Below are positions 9,622-23,317 of a DNA stretch of 64,000 bases, in pieces. This stretch comes from Fimicolochytrium jonesii. Lineage: Eukaryota. The stretch covers positions 1 to 64,000 of the forward strand of contig NW_026515668.1 in NCBI RefSeq assembly GCF_025526975.1, given 5' to 3'. Position 1 is the stretch's first letter. Every line of letters starts with the position of its first letter. The translations under genes and the position numbers were made by a program. The notes under the pieces are model-generated. The model ran no database searches. It saw nothing but the letters and a program-made list of their open reading frames with translations, and had not been told where the DNA came from.

Positions 9622-10388
9622 ATTGGAAGGTATGGTTCGCACAGTTCTTGGGTTTGGGTTCTTAATGCAACGTTTGTGAGTGCCATCCCCTTTCTCAGTG
9701 CAATTCAAGTGAGAGACGGGGGCAGGGATGGGGGCGGGAACGGTGGAGACGGGGGCCTGTGGGACGACTACGGCGCCGGGGATGGCTGCGAATTGGGCTT
9801 TATACGCAGCAGCCCGGCCGCACTTGTTGCACGCAGCGCGCGCAGTCTTGACCTCCCCCACAATCCCCGTTCTCCTCGCCGGCGACGAGGTGACAGCAGC
9901 GGCCACCGGGGGCAAGGCAGGTGTACCCACGATCGTCACCATCCGGCTGGCTGGAGCGCGAGGGGGTCGCCTTCGGCATGGTTGTGGTTGTGTGTGTGTG
10001 GTTGTGTGTGGGGTGTGGTGAGAGTTTGCTTGGGTTGCAAGAAGAAGGTCGCAGAAGGAGCGTGAGAAAAAGGTCTTAGAGAGGGTCCGCAAAAGTGTGG
10101 AGGTTTTGACAGCATTTGGACAGACCCCAGCGATGGCGGCGGGTCGGGTCTCTGCTTGAGTCGACGTGCGGAATACCCACGGGTTATGGCAACGGACAAA
10201 GGCCGGGTACCAGTGAAGTGTAAGAGAGCCTCGGTGACGGCAACTCGAAGTGCGCCATGACGTCTGGGTTCCGCCGCGCTGCTTGATGGAGATTTTTGTA
10301 CTCCTTCAGGTCGTTGTTGTTGAAACCCGTGAATACCACGCTGTAAAAGGTCCAGTGGTTCTTGTTGAAAGAGGCACCTCTGAAGACA

Positions 10389-10475
10389 GGCAAGCCGGCC
10401 GCGACGGAGACGCCATTCCAGATGGTTAGTGCTCTTCATGCTCTGAAACGCTGCTTTGATAATGATGCGGAGCTT
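10389..10475 (+). repeat. 87-bp dispersed repeat, copy 1
   Basis: Matches 23318-23404 with 3 mismatches. Confidence 0.95.
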
Positions 10476-10882
10476 GGCACCTCAAGGACAAAGCGCCAAC
10501 ACGTACTGTACGTAACAATTATCTATGGCGTTAAACAGTTTCGACAGATAACAGCGCAGGAGACATCTCGATCGTCAAATTCCTGACCGAATTTCCATGA
10601 TAGGACGGAACGGGAACCTTCTTCAATTCGGAACTGGCCAGCCAGCGCAAGTATTCAGCACCAGTGGGCGTGTGTAAGACGAGAACGAGATCCTCCCTTA
10701 GCTCACTGTCGCTTTCGTCCGCGACCCATGTCCTGCCTGCGGGCATCTCATTTGCAACGTTTCGTCGAAGATGAGACCCCCATAAGATAACACAGAGGGT
10801 ACGTCGGATACCGGGCGTCCGCATCAGAGGGTATGGTGTGCCTATGTATGTACAGTGCGAGATCAACGTCTTTCTCGACTGC

Positions 10883-11915
10883 CTACTGTCCCAGGATTAA
10901 TGGCAACCCATCTTTCCCACCTACAACCACAACTTTCGCATTCGGCGACATCGCCAACCTCTCCGTCGCCTCAATCCCCTTCCACCTCAACAAATTCTGA
11001 CTGACCCCCTCCGCCACAATCTTCTGAAACCTTGCGATCCCCTCTGCCTCAATCGCCTTCCGCTCCGCCTCCGCTCTCTCCCGTTCCAGCACAAAATGCA
11101 TCTGCATCGCCCCCTGCTCCGCGCGCAATTTCTCCTCGATCGCTTGGGTGAGACGTGCGGGGAGGGTCAGGTCGCGGAACCGGACTTCTTCGACTTGGAT
11201 ACCCCGGGACGAGAGGGAGGCGCGCAGGGATTGCTCGACGGCGAGGGTCATGGATGTACGCATCGAGGAGGAGTAGAGGTCTTTTGCGTCGTGGGCGGAG
11301 GTGATGTCGCGGATGGCGGAGCGGAGTTGCGGGCGGAAGACAATGTCGAGATATTGGGGGCCGATAGTTTTGTAGACTTTTGCGGCGCTGTGAAGCGAAA
11401 AGGGGGAAGTGAGTGAGACGGGATTCTGGTATGATCAGCCCGGACGACGTACGAAAATACCTCTCAGGCTCCAACCGAAACAGCACCGACACAGCCATCG
11501 TGACAGACAACCCCTCCTTGCTAGGCGCCGTGCATGAATAGTCCTCCAGCTGCGTCTTTGTCGAGATGCGGATACACTTCTCCAACGGCGATTTCCAGCT
11601 GAAACCCGGGTGTAGAACTGTGGGTTGAACGACGCCGAAGCGGTCGAGGACGCCGACGTGGCCCGCGGGAACGACCTGATTTTACAGAAAGGGTGGCATA
11701 AGGAGCGAGTGGCGCCAAAAATCTGCATCAGGAAGTGAAATTACCGCGAAAACGGAATAATCAGACTTGAGATACTTGTACGTCAAAAAGGAGCCAGCTA
11801 GGACTGCTCCAGCTTTGGCAACGTGACGGCCCCGCACACCTGCCCTTAGACGCTGTTTGATGAGCTCTGTGGCTTGGCGCGTTGCGGCTTCTGCTGTTTT
11901 GTCGAATTGGGTCAT
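10883..11915 (-). CDS. SPFH/band 7 (prohibitin-family) protein, about 2 introns
   Basis: VVPAGHVGVLDRFG; PSKEGLSVTMAVSVLFRL; QLRSAIRDITS; LTLPARLTQAIEEKLRAEQ; AERKAIEAEGIA; GGKDGLPLIL. Confidence 0.9.
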
Positions 11916-12792
11916 GTCGTTTGGGATGTTTAGTGTGGATCTATGGAGAAGGGCGGATCACATCGCCCGAAGGAGGCGGTTTTTATGGCATTGCGGGTGG
12001 TTATGAATGCGAAGGCTTGTTCAACGAGAAAGCGGAAAGCGGGAGGCGTCTCCATGGCCGCATATGCATAGCGTAGCGAGGACGTCCGCAGAGTCGGCAC
12101 ACGTCGATAACGCGAGGTTGACACGTAAACGTCACGGAAAATGTCGCGCCCTCAAATTTGACACGGCTGCCCTGACAACCAACGCGCGAGATTCCCACCG
12201 CCTTTTCTCGTTCCAGCGACAACGTCGGTTCCTCAGCTTCTCCATCACTACTCCATTCTGTGTGTTCAAGTTACTGGAGTGTGTGTATGCCTTGGTTGGG
12301 TAATTGGCACTCGCGCTGGGACGCCGAGTCTCTAATGACCGTTTTCTCGTCGCACTTTGTACAACTACCTTCCACGTCCATCATATGCAGGTATCGTTTT
12401 GAATGTATGGGCCCGATTCCCACGGAGTCGGCCCGATTGCAACGTCGCTTCGGGGGTGTCCGTTCTTGGCTACATCATCATAATGTACAGTACAGTACAT
12501 TGGGGGTTGGGGGTTGCAAAGCAAAAGTCGAAGTTCGCGGCTGGGAGGAAAGAAGCCGCTCCGACCCCAACAAGATTCGTGGGCTCATACTGTACAGCTG
12601 TACAGTACACGATTTCGCAACTCCCCACGAACAAGACCATGTACAGTAGATCAGGCCGTACAAGGCCGTAAAGCGTGATGTATAGTACATAAATAGAGCT
12701 GCCGGACACTCATGCCGCCGCCGAATCAGCCTTATACCCCAACCCCCGCAGAGTCTCTGCATCTTTCTGATCTTCACCGCCCTCCACTCCGC

Positions 12793-13923
12793 ATGATGGC
12801 CAGCCCAACCCCACCTCCCCCATCCAAGTCCTCACCACCCTTCTCCGCCAACACTACGTCTTCCCCGACCAACTCGCCTTCCACATCCAATCCCGCCTCG
12901 AGTCCGGTGCCTACGACTCCCTCCTCACCGACGAACCCGCCCTCGCGAACCTCCTGTCCCAGGATCTTCTGCATGTGAATAACGATGGGCATCTGGGGGT
13001 GACGTACTCGCCGGCGGTTTTAGGGGAGGATCTGCCTGTGTGTCCGGCGGAGGAGGAGTTGCCGGTTGATGAGGAGGATGGGGTGAATTTGCAGCAGTTG
13101 GGGGGTGGGGGGTTGATCAATTTTGGGCTGAGGAGGGTTGAGTGTTTGAAGGGTGGGGTTGGGTTACTTGTTTTTCAAGGTGGGTCCGCGGGTCGCGAGC
13201 GAGGAGAGCAGGGTATCGTTTTTGTGGGGTGGTTGATGGCTGGATGGTGTGAAGATTGACATATCCCGCGTTGTTATCTCCAGGCTTCTTCCCCCTCGCC
13301 CTCTCAGGCCCAGTCATCACCTCCGCCTTCACGATCCTGGCCTCAACACACTCCTTGATCATCGACCTCCGCACGTGTTTCGGCGTCGACGGCAGCACCG
13401 CCGATTTCGTCCTTTCCTACCTCGTCCCGCGCGCCATCCACACCAACTCTGTCCACTGGCGGCCATCCAACACCACCGAGCAGCTTCGCACCCTCCCGTA
13501 CGTCCCCGGGCCGCGGTACCAAAACGCAAGGTGTATACCCTCACCTCCGCACGCACTTTTTCGTGTGCTGACAAGTTCGCCGGTACCGCGCAGGCGATTG
13601 GACGCGCGTGTGTCGTGGGCGAGAACACCGGCGGGGCGGGACACCCTTGCCATGGGTTTCGGTTGAACGACCATTTGCAGGCGAGTATCAGTATCGGATG
13701 CACGACGAATAAGGTGTTGGGACGCGGGTGGGAGGGGTTGGGCGTGAAGCCGGATATGGAGTGTGCGCCGGAGGTTGCGTTGGATGTTGCGCATCGGTTG
13801 GCGTTGAGGGAGAGTAAGGGGGAGGGAGAGGAGGGGTTGGGACAGCTTGGACGGATGGTCAAGGAGGAGCGTAGGGCGGAGTTGGAGAGGCTTGAGGGGA
13901 GTTTGGGACAGTTGGGGTTGTAG
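12793..13923 (+). pseudogene. S41-family (IRBP/tail-specific protease-like) peptidase, frameshifted
   Basis: LRQHYVFPD..LSQDLLHVNNDGHLGV; NFGLRRVECLKGGVG; LIIDLR; VYTLTSARTFSCADKF; VVGENTGGAGHP; WEGLGVKPD. One intron (~13180-13283). Apparent frameshifts near 12810 and 13520 could be assembly errors. Confidence 0.75.
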
Positions 13924-16560
13924 ATAGATGGGTTTTCGTTGTAGAACGGCGTAGATCTTGCATAGCTGGCTTTTGTAGGAGTTTGGCCGTGGTCACGATG
14001 TGTCTCATAGAAGTGTATACGGTTTCCGGACGATAGATTTGAAGGCGAATGACTCGTCCAATGCTATCCTTCGGCGGTTTGGCGTGCTCCTGCTCTGCAT
14101 TGTGCAGTAAGGGGGTTGAGTGTAAACCTCGTTTTCCTGACGACATCTCCCGCCGTTCATCAAAGCAGCGAGATCAGCTCTGGGATTAGAGTCATTGGGC
14201 CGAGTCTCAAAGAGTATCCAGTCACCGCTGCAAAGCAAGTCCCCGCAGTCGATGCTTTCCAACAATACCGGCGTTGATCGTCGGCTCCCGTAGTGCTTCA
14301 ACTCGACTTCCAGCCCAGGAAAAGCAGAAGCATGAACTTACGCCAGAGCACTCGCCGCGGCGCTCGCACTACCACGATAGCACTGGACCAACCATCGCCG
14401 TCCCCCTCATATCCGATATTTGATTAAGATAGTGTATTGTAGTGTGTCTGGAGACTATCTATCTTTGGTTGGAGATGAAAGACTGCTTTTGCCTTCATGC
14501 GCTGATTGTCTTCCCTCGTCTCAATGAACGCAACCCTCCATAAACACATCTTGAAAAAATGGGGGATGTCAACAGCCCATGCGCACCAAAAATGTACGAA
14601 CCAGCATTACTGCCCCCACGCGGTGACCTCACACACGCAGGGGCCCTGTTGATGCGCTCGCCTTCCCAGAAGAGGGATTGATACTGTTGCGTGCGATCGT
14701 ATCCATCCGACCCCAAAAAGATACGAAAACCTTCCGGGTCGGGGGAGGATGTGTCAGACTGTTCTCAACGGGATGATTCGAAAACCGGGTCTGGCGGTCA
14801 ATCGGAAACCCTCCGAGGGCCGGGACGTTCCGCTGCACGCGTAGGAGTGTGCGGTGAACGAGGAGAGAGGTCATGGACCGAGCGACAAGACCCGTCGGAC
14901 GGTCGCATCGTGAGAAGCGGGCAGTGGCCGGGAGGAGGATAGCAGATGATATCACCTCCTGCCGGCCAACTGCACGCCCCTTTTGACAGACATGCAGTCA
15001 ATGACCCTGCGTACACACAGCTTTGCCTTCTTCGTTATTCCTTTCGTCCGGTTGTGTACCTCTACATACACAGTACGTCTTGGATGAAGGAGAGTAATCT
15101 GTTACTTCGTTCATGTCGGAAAGAACACTGCCAGGAACGAGGACAGCTCACCTGCACGAATTTTCGAGAATAATCTTCGCAGTGCGAGTTTGAGATGTTG
15201 GCAGTCGCTGGAAGCCGACCATGCATGCTAACCCTTACAGCACACAACCCTGTCGGCGATGAGCTCAAACTTCCTCCTCAACCTCGGCCAGAATGTCGCT
15301 AATCCCATTGACCTCCGCCGTTTCGCTGACCGTGAACACACCGCCTCTCTTCACATTCAGTTCGCCCCACACTCCATCAATCTGCTGACCATAACCTTGT
15401 TCCTCCGCTGGCCATAAGGATGTTATACCTTGGGCTCCCGGAAGCGAACCAACCCCGAAGCATCCCCGTGCCTCCGCCGCGATCTCAAGCATTCTTGCGC
15501 CTATGGCGCAATGGGCGATGGATAAGCTGCTTTGCTCGCCGCAGGACCCTCGCTGTCGTTCGAGCGAGTCAAGCTTACTATCGCTCGCCCAACCTCAAGC
15601 ATCCGCTGCTTCTCGCTTCTCTCGCCGCAAATCCCTCTCTACCTATCTTTGAGCATAAATTTCCTTCCCGAGGTGTAGTGAATCACCTTGTGTCCGTATT
15701 TCTGCGGTTTTCCGTAAGAGACTTTTTCTTGAGCCATGCCGGCGAGGTCGTTGATGTGCGAGGACAGAAAGGAGGAGGATGGGAAGGAGGTTGGGTTCAG
15801 TGCAAAGGAGGTTTGTTGTCGGGGGGGGAGGCCCTTGTTTGAGAGACTTCTGCACGGAGCGACGAACACGCCGCGGTGCTGGAAGTGATGGTGGATGAGA
15901 ATCCCGTAGCTGGGTGGGTGTCGTTGCTGGCTGGCGACGGTGGCAAATCGGGGATTCTGATGGGATCGATCCAGGTTCTCGGGATGAACCACCCAGTCCG
16001 ATTTGAGAGCGCCCGAATCGCAAGATGGGAGCAGCATTGGTTTCCCCACAGGCTTCGACAGTGATTCGACACTTTTTGGGAATCGACGGAGCAGCCTGTG
16101 AGGAAAGCTTCTCTTTTTTGCGCGGACTCCTCCGACTCCACCGACGGCCCAGGCCCTTGCAGGTTCGGTTCCACTGTGGTAGAGCCCATACTTATCGATA
16201 CTACGCCCTCGGCGAGTTGGCATTGGTGGAGGGCCTTTATCTTTTCCCAGGCGGGGGATTCTGAAAAATAGACTCCGTATACCGCCGCTACACCGTTCAG
16301 ACGATAAAGTGTGAGGCTCTCTCCGCTCCGTTCGGCCTTCAGTAGTACTATCCACCTCGAGTCCCCTACGCCTTGGAGCCGTGGGAGCAGTTGCCCGCCA
16401 TTCGGAATCTTTCCCACCAGCCAAATACGTGCCACTGCCGGAATTCCACATCGTGTCTACGCCACAAACCCAGCTGGACAATCTATATACAGCTCCCTCT
16501 CGACGGTGCTGCTGCTTAGAACACTATGGAAAGCCGAGTCTTTGCTCAAACGATACAGCG

Positions 16561-19509
16561 ATGTTTCACGGGCGGCTGGCCTTAGTGGGTGCAGTCATTT
16601 CGGCTGGGATACTCCTGGCCCAAGGTGCGCCGAAGAGCTTTGGTTTGGAAAGATCGAGGTTCTGTATGGTTGCTATAGATGCGTTGAAAGAAGGGTCTCA
16701 AATTGTCGTCTTGGGCGGCATTGCATTTGACCAGGCCCGAGGTAGGTTCTCCCTTGTCCTTAAGCCTTCTTCCTTCCCAAACCTATACACATGGCGGCTG
16801 GTTACGATATTTAACACTCGAGCCACACTGCGCCAAGGGCCCAATACCCCTCTCACCGAACGTGGTAGCTGCTAATTACCATGATCGAAACTCGCCTCTT
16901 ATTGATTACTCCCCTCCACATTTCTTTGGTCGTAAATAGCCGAGACCAACCGTATCCAAAAGACAGCTGTGTCGGTGATTAACGGTGTGGTTGAGCTCAA
17001 ACCGGTCAAATTGCCGGACAGTGAGACACCGGGTGATAGAATGAACTGTGTCTCCTACAATAACCGGATCTATCTCAACGGTGAGTTGGCATAGACCTCG
17101 AGCTGCTCCGGACACCCTAGTCTGGTTCCATGTGCATGCCTGATAAGTTCGTTCCGACTTTTTAGCCGGCTTTCGGAATAGCAACATGTCAATCACCTCT
17201 GTAGACGCGGACAACCTCGCAACCGACCCGTTCACCCCCAGTTTGATTTCTGGGGAGTCGCGGGTGTTCCACGCCTCGGCCATGTTGGGTTCCAAACTGC
17301 ACTTCTTCGGCGGGTTTTCCGAAAAGGGTACGCTATTAAGCGACCACTGGATCGTTGACCTCAATGGGGCCGCGTACTCGAGTACTCAGATGACCAGGTC
17401 CCGTCCGTCCCCGCGGGCTGCCCATTGCATGGTTACCCTATCTTCCGATTCCATTCTTCTGTTCGGTGGCATCGATGATAAAACCGGCTTTCTCGCTGAA
17501 ACCTGGATATATACTGAGGCGGGGGGCTGGGTGCAAATCCAAGGAACATCGTCCCCCCCGCCCGGTCACACTCTGCGTGCGCCGTGGCAAATGGCCTCGT
17601 ATACCTCTTCGGAGGTCTTGACCGCGCTGGGTACGACCTCAGCGACCTTTGGGTCTTTTCCCCAAACACCCGAACATGGAGTGCACCCCCGTTGCAACCG
17701 AGCGATCCCGGGGCCACGCCCGCGGCTAGATCTTCGCATGGAATGGTTGGAATAAGGGACACTCTGGTCGTTTACGGAGGGTCCGGAGGAGCGGGAAGCA
17801 ACGACATCAATGCATACATCTTTGACACTCGGAAGAACAAGTGGAGCAGCGATTGGTCCTTACTCGCGCCGCCAGCAGCTGGCGCTGGTGCTCCCACATC
17901 CAATAGTAGCGCTGGTGATTTCACACCCAACAGTAGCGCCGGTGATTCCACATCCAAGAGTAGCTCGTCGAATTCACCTATTATAGGCGCGAGCATCGGT
18001 GTAGGCGTCATTCTCATCATAATAGCCATAGGACTATTCGTTACCAACTATCGGAAAAGGCATGGTTCCAAGCCGGTCGTACCATCGGCGCCACCGGAAA
18101 ACGGAGTCGAAACGATCCAAGTCACTACCTCCGACACTCGCCCATCTTCTCCATCGCTGCCGCGCTCGCTTCCGCAGGTTTCGAATGAAGCACATTCCGT
18201 GGGCAACACTGGGACTGCCGCAGCAACGCAGCTAGCTCCCGGCCGGGGACAAGAGGATATGCATGAGACCATTCATATTCCGTACGCTTCATTGGGCAAC
18301 GGCCCGTCCGCAATGCAGCAACAGCAGCAGCAGCCATTAATCGAAGCGAGCTCATTGGCGAACAGTGCGGCGGGACCGTTTCAGCACTCTGCCGGCGTGG
18401 GACCCAACGATCTGATTGCCAGCATTCCTGTCGCAGCCGGATCGGGCAGTAGTAGTAGCGCATCATCACCGCCTCTGCAACACCCGGGTTCCCACGATGC
18501 GATCTCTGTAGGGATCGGAGCATCGGAATCAGCGCAACCCGGCACGAGACGCAAAGATTTGATCGCCAACATCCCCCCCACCACCGGCGCATCCAGCCGC
18601 GCGTCTTCCCCACCTCCGCAATCAAACGACGCTAACCGCGCGGGAATCTCAATCATAACCCCCTCTCAAACAGCAGCCTTGGAACGCATCACCTCCGAGC
18701 TCTTCCCACCCCCACCAACAAGCGCATCATGGCACGACCGTCACTCAAGCATGCTCTACAACCCCACGCCCACCGAAACCGCATGGGCCGTCCCCCAACC
18801 CATGCCCCGTCGAAGCGTCCCATACGGGTACGAGATCCCGCCCGCCGAGGAGGCTGTCAACCCTCGGAGATCATTCCACAGTGCTACGACTTTAGGGCTA
18901 GGACGAACCGCGTCATCAGTGTCCTCAAACGATGAGGGCACGTCCCTCCTCCCACGACCCGCGCCGCGCACATCGTCCGTGCCTGACGATATCGAACCCG
19001 CACAACACCAGCCGTTTGTATTGCCACGCGGGCCAATGGGCTATGAGATCTTACCGGTAGAAGCGCACCCCGTGGATCCGCGGACGTCGTTTTATAGCAA
19101 CGACACGACATCAAGGGGCGAGGAGGAGGAGGAGGGTGTGGGGCTTTTAGCAAGGCGTACGAGCTCACCTATCCCAGAGGCGAGTGGTCAGGATACCCGG
19201 AGGGTGGATGAAGGGCGGGCGGCCGTCAACACGCCGTGGACGTCCGTGGCCCCCGTCGCGCTCCCATTGCCGCAACAACAACCACAAAATCACGAGTTTG
19301 AAATCCCACCCCCACCGCCGCCACCTCCCAGCACCGCATCGTTGTACCCCACCCAATCCCTTCCCGACGACGACGCGGATTTGCCCCCCATGTACCAAGA
19401 GTTCCCATCCTCGCCCCAGGACGAAAGCAGTTCGAGCTCGGTTCCGCCTCCCAGAGCGACACCTGCGCGGTTTGCTTCGAGGAAGGCGCATTATATGCCT
19501 AACCATTGA
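16561..19509 (+). CDS. signal peptide + Kelch-repeat ectodomain + single TM + long disordered tail
   Basis: N-terminal hydrophobic MFHGRLALVGAVISAGILLAQG; Kelch blades (RVFHAS..HFFGG, RAAHCM..LLFGG, VYLFGG, RSSHGM..VVYGG); TM IIGASIGVGVILIIIAIGLFV. Introns early in the gene and a 1-nt frameshift in a C-run near 17555. Confidence 0.8.
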
Positions 19510-19993
19510 ACTGAGCCGGGGAGAGTGGATCTCTGTGAATGATTAACGTATGGGGCCCTTGTCAAAGCGGAGGTGGAGATACTAGTATTATTTATGGCGA
19601 GGATGTGACAATGGAGGCGTAATGGGAGTGCGGAGAACTATTAGATTTCAAAGACCCGATACTAATATACGACACTGCAGACGAACGCTTAGGAATAGAC
19701 GTACATGTTACAGTTGCCCCCGGTTTTTGCCGCGTGGGCTATGCACTCTGACAGCACTCGTCTCTTAGCGCGAGTACTGCATTCCTACATGTGCACATAT
19801 GCAGTACAGTCACCCCCAGCTGATACAGTATGTCTGATATCTATGAGATGCCCCCCGCGCGTCATTTCCGCTCGGGCCCTTTTCCCCGCAACCTGCACTT
19901 CGCTCCGCGCTGGCAGCATCATCATAACTGGCCCCCTCCAGCGAAAGAGACCGGCAGCCCCCTGCTTCACAACCCCCGTCTGCATCCAGTACA

Positions 19994-21255
19994 ATGGCGA
20001 GCCCAACGCAACAACAGCAACCCGCCGCACTGCCAGCTGCAACTGCGGCCACAGCGTCAGGCCCAAACTCCCATCCACAACCACAGCCACAGGCAACTCA
20101 GCTCCAACCTCTCCAACGTCCAGTGCAACATCCCTCGACTGCTTCAACAGGCTCGATATCCGCAGGTCTAGCCGCTTCCTCCCTCACGTCCCACTCCTCA
20201 CGCTCCTCCACGTCCTCAAACCCGTCCCATCGCCCACAACAAGCACACCCACCACAGTTATCAACCTCCACCACACCACCTTCGACAATGCGCTTTCAGA
20301 AGAATTTATTGTTGCAAAAACACCAGGCGGAGATGGAGGACTTGAGGGAGGAGTGGGAACGGAGATATAGGCCGGTTTATGAGACTGTTGATAGGGAGTT
20401 TGAGGCGATGATGGTATGTATTTGGGGACAAGAGAGCGGGGGTGATGAGGTGAGGAAGGTACGGGGCGTTGGAGAGCGTTGAAGGAGAAGCAACTTGGCG
20501 AGCGACGGCGACCCTGATTCGCGAAGCGAATGCGGTCTGCCGCGAGCGAAGAGAGACGCAGGGATGCATGAGGTCATGAGCCATACCCGAGAGCGATCGA
20601 TATTTTGCGAGCGAGCTGCACTTTACAAGCGCACTTCTAGGCGAGCGACGGTAGATGGCCGACGGTGAGACCAACACCTTCATTCTCACCCCATTTCTTT
20701 CTCGTATTTCAGCGCTACCACGACCCCCTAACACTCTCCCTAATCCGCACGGGCGTCCTGCCCGCCCACCACCCAACAACCTCCTCCGACCCACATCCGG
20801 GCTTTCACGACCACATCCCCGGCACCTACACCCCCCACAACTCCACCTCCTCCCCCTACCACACCATCACCTCCTCACACCCTTCTCAACACTCCCCTTA
20901 CATCCTCAACCGCTCCTTCTCCGCCGTTTTCACCAACGGTCAGCAACACGATGGTGTTGCTCGCGCGTCAACGAATCTATCGCCCGTCGCGATGGCGCGG
21001 AGCAGGAGTATGGGGTACGCGGGTGGGAGCCCGGCGATGATGAGACGGCATCAGCAGCAGCATGGTGGGGATGGGCATGGGAGTCCGGCGAGTGAGAGGG
21101 CGCCGAGTAGGGGGTCGACGAGGAGTTCGGGTGGGGGAACAATTAGGGGTTTAGCGGCGTTGTTTGGGGCGGGGTTGGAGGGGTGGGTTGGTGGGAGTGG
21201 GGTGGAGAAGGGGAAAGGGTTGGGGTCGGGGTCGGCTGGGGGGAGTGTGCGGTGA
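19994..21255 (+). CDS. hypothetical low-complexity protein with short coiled coil, 1 intron
   Basis: Q/S-rich ORF with LLLQKHQAEMEDLREEWERRY; GTATGT donor near 20414 and pyrimidine-rich CAG acceptor near 20713. Confidence 0.5.
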
Positions 21256-23317
21256 TGGCGCTTTTTGGGAGAGTAGGGTGTTGTGATGGGCGGAATCCAA
21301 AACGCGGAATAGAGCTCTCATGTCCCGCGAAGCACCCACATTCGTTCGACTTGTTTTTGCTCTCGGCCAAGGATCGTCAAACGCATTGTACCACCCACTG
21401 CGATCATACCACCACAAACTCTCTTCACGAACGAAACCATCCCCTCAACACCCACAAAGTCTCACAAACGTAAACAGCACCCATGGAAACCCCAACCCAG
21501 CCACTTACATCATCCATCCAGCACACCCGCACCGCTCGCTAAGGTATCGCGAACTTCCGTCTGTCCCATGCCCCGATCGAGCGAACATCCGACTGAAACA
21601 CACATATTTGCACATGACGCGCACATTTACGTCGCATTGAACACCCGCAACACCATCAGCAATGGAGTGTATGGATCATCGTCCTTGGCGTCGCACACGA
21701 CTCGACCGCAAGGTTCCGCGTCAAGAACACCACTGGACGGAGATAGTTTAGCGAGCCGGCGGAGCGGACGGAGGGGATGGGGCAGACGAAGGTTCGGCGG
21801 AGCTGGCGAGCGCTGCGCCACATCCTACGTAGCTGCGGTGGGGATGTTCTCCTTCGCGCGGCGTCTGTGAGGTTCGGCGGCGGACTGCGAGGGTGGGATC
21901 GGGGACATGTCGGAGGATATAGAGGCAGCATCGCGCTACCGAGATGGAGAGCGTGGCGCCCGCGACTCTCACGCAACACTTCCTGCCCCACGCCATAAAC
22001 GAAACCCCCCCGTACTTCATGCGAGACGCCACATGCACACCATATACCCATTTCAAAATACATATATGAATCCGATCCCAGGGAACAAAGACATCATTTT
22101 TGATTCGTGTATGGGTGCGTACCCGTCTTTGAGAGTTGAACAAAACTATGGGGATGGATTGTACATGTTGAAGGTCGCACCCACCATCTCCTTTGAGTTT
22201 AATGGGTAACTATGAACTACGGAGAATAGTTGTGGGCAGGAATATCGCCATACTCGTTCATAATCCACCTATCGAGAGCCACACACTCAGATATAATGCC
22301 CAGCAATGGGCGGATGATACAATACCACCGACTTCTGTTGATGACCAAGGTGTGGTCGTGGCGACAGGTGAGGCTATCCGACTCCCGTGGCCGCATTCCC
22401 ACCCTCCAGTGTCGTCACTCTCCCCTCAGCCCATCCCTCCATCCCCCCAACCTTCCACATCGCCCTCTCCCTGTTTGTGAGCTTCTCCTGATTGGTAAAT
22501 ACCACGGGCAGGCGTATTGTGATGTTCATCATATTTTTTTCGTCTGATCTCGGAAAACGAACTTATTGACCTTTTTCATGACATGTTGGCGATTCGCAAG
22601 TACCGTTCGGATCAGTCCAAGGTTTACAATGGGTTTCTCATCAGCGTAACAGGCCGCTGAATCGATGGGAGTCCGTACGCAAACCCAGTCTTGTTCCCCT
22701 TGAGGACGTGAAGGGAGTGCAAAACAAACACAGATGACTTCCCTGCCTCCGATGGATCAATTCGGCTGGCTGTGTATACCTAATTGCGCAGATTTTCGAG
22801 GTACACTATAATTTCCGTCTGTCAGATCGACAGGAGCCCATTCCCCCGCCTTGCTGGGACTTTCGCGGCATTCTCGCTCGTAGAGGTACCCAATGCGAGG
22901 GTACTCACGTATGGCGTTGAACTTTGCCCGCCTATTGAGACTACTGAGATCGGAAACAGATTTCGGCCCGCCGAATGTCGTCGAGACAGGCTTGAAAGCG
23001 TGGCCGATGGAGGTTCCTAGATTCCGCCTCGAGGCGATACACAACAGAATCGGGTAGGACGCTCCAGAGCTCGTCAGAGTGAATGGCGGCGAGCGAGAGT
23101 AAAGAGGTCATTGACTCGCGAATGATGATATGATGCGGCTCGATGCTATCCCTCATTGTTGCAATTCCTTCGGAATTGGAAACCTGGTGCGATATGTGCG
23201 TCCGCCATGCTTGGCTGCTCTCAGCAATGATCCGACTCTTCACATATGTATCCCACTTTGTTGCGAATCCTACGGAATTCGAACCTTGGTGTGGTACAGT
23301 CACCTCGCAAACTCTGT

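Noticed and set aside
10389..10475. C/D box snoRNA reading of the 87-bp repeat
   Set aside because: CTGA precedes the TGATG-like box (wrong order) and there is no terminal stem.
14000..16500. Overlapping ORFs of 100-280 aa on both strands
   Set aside because: No recognisable motifs or consistent exon structure, and several rely on non-ATG starts.
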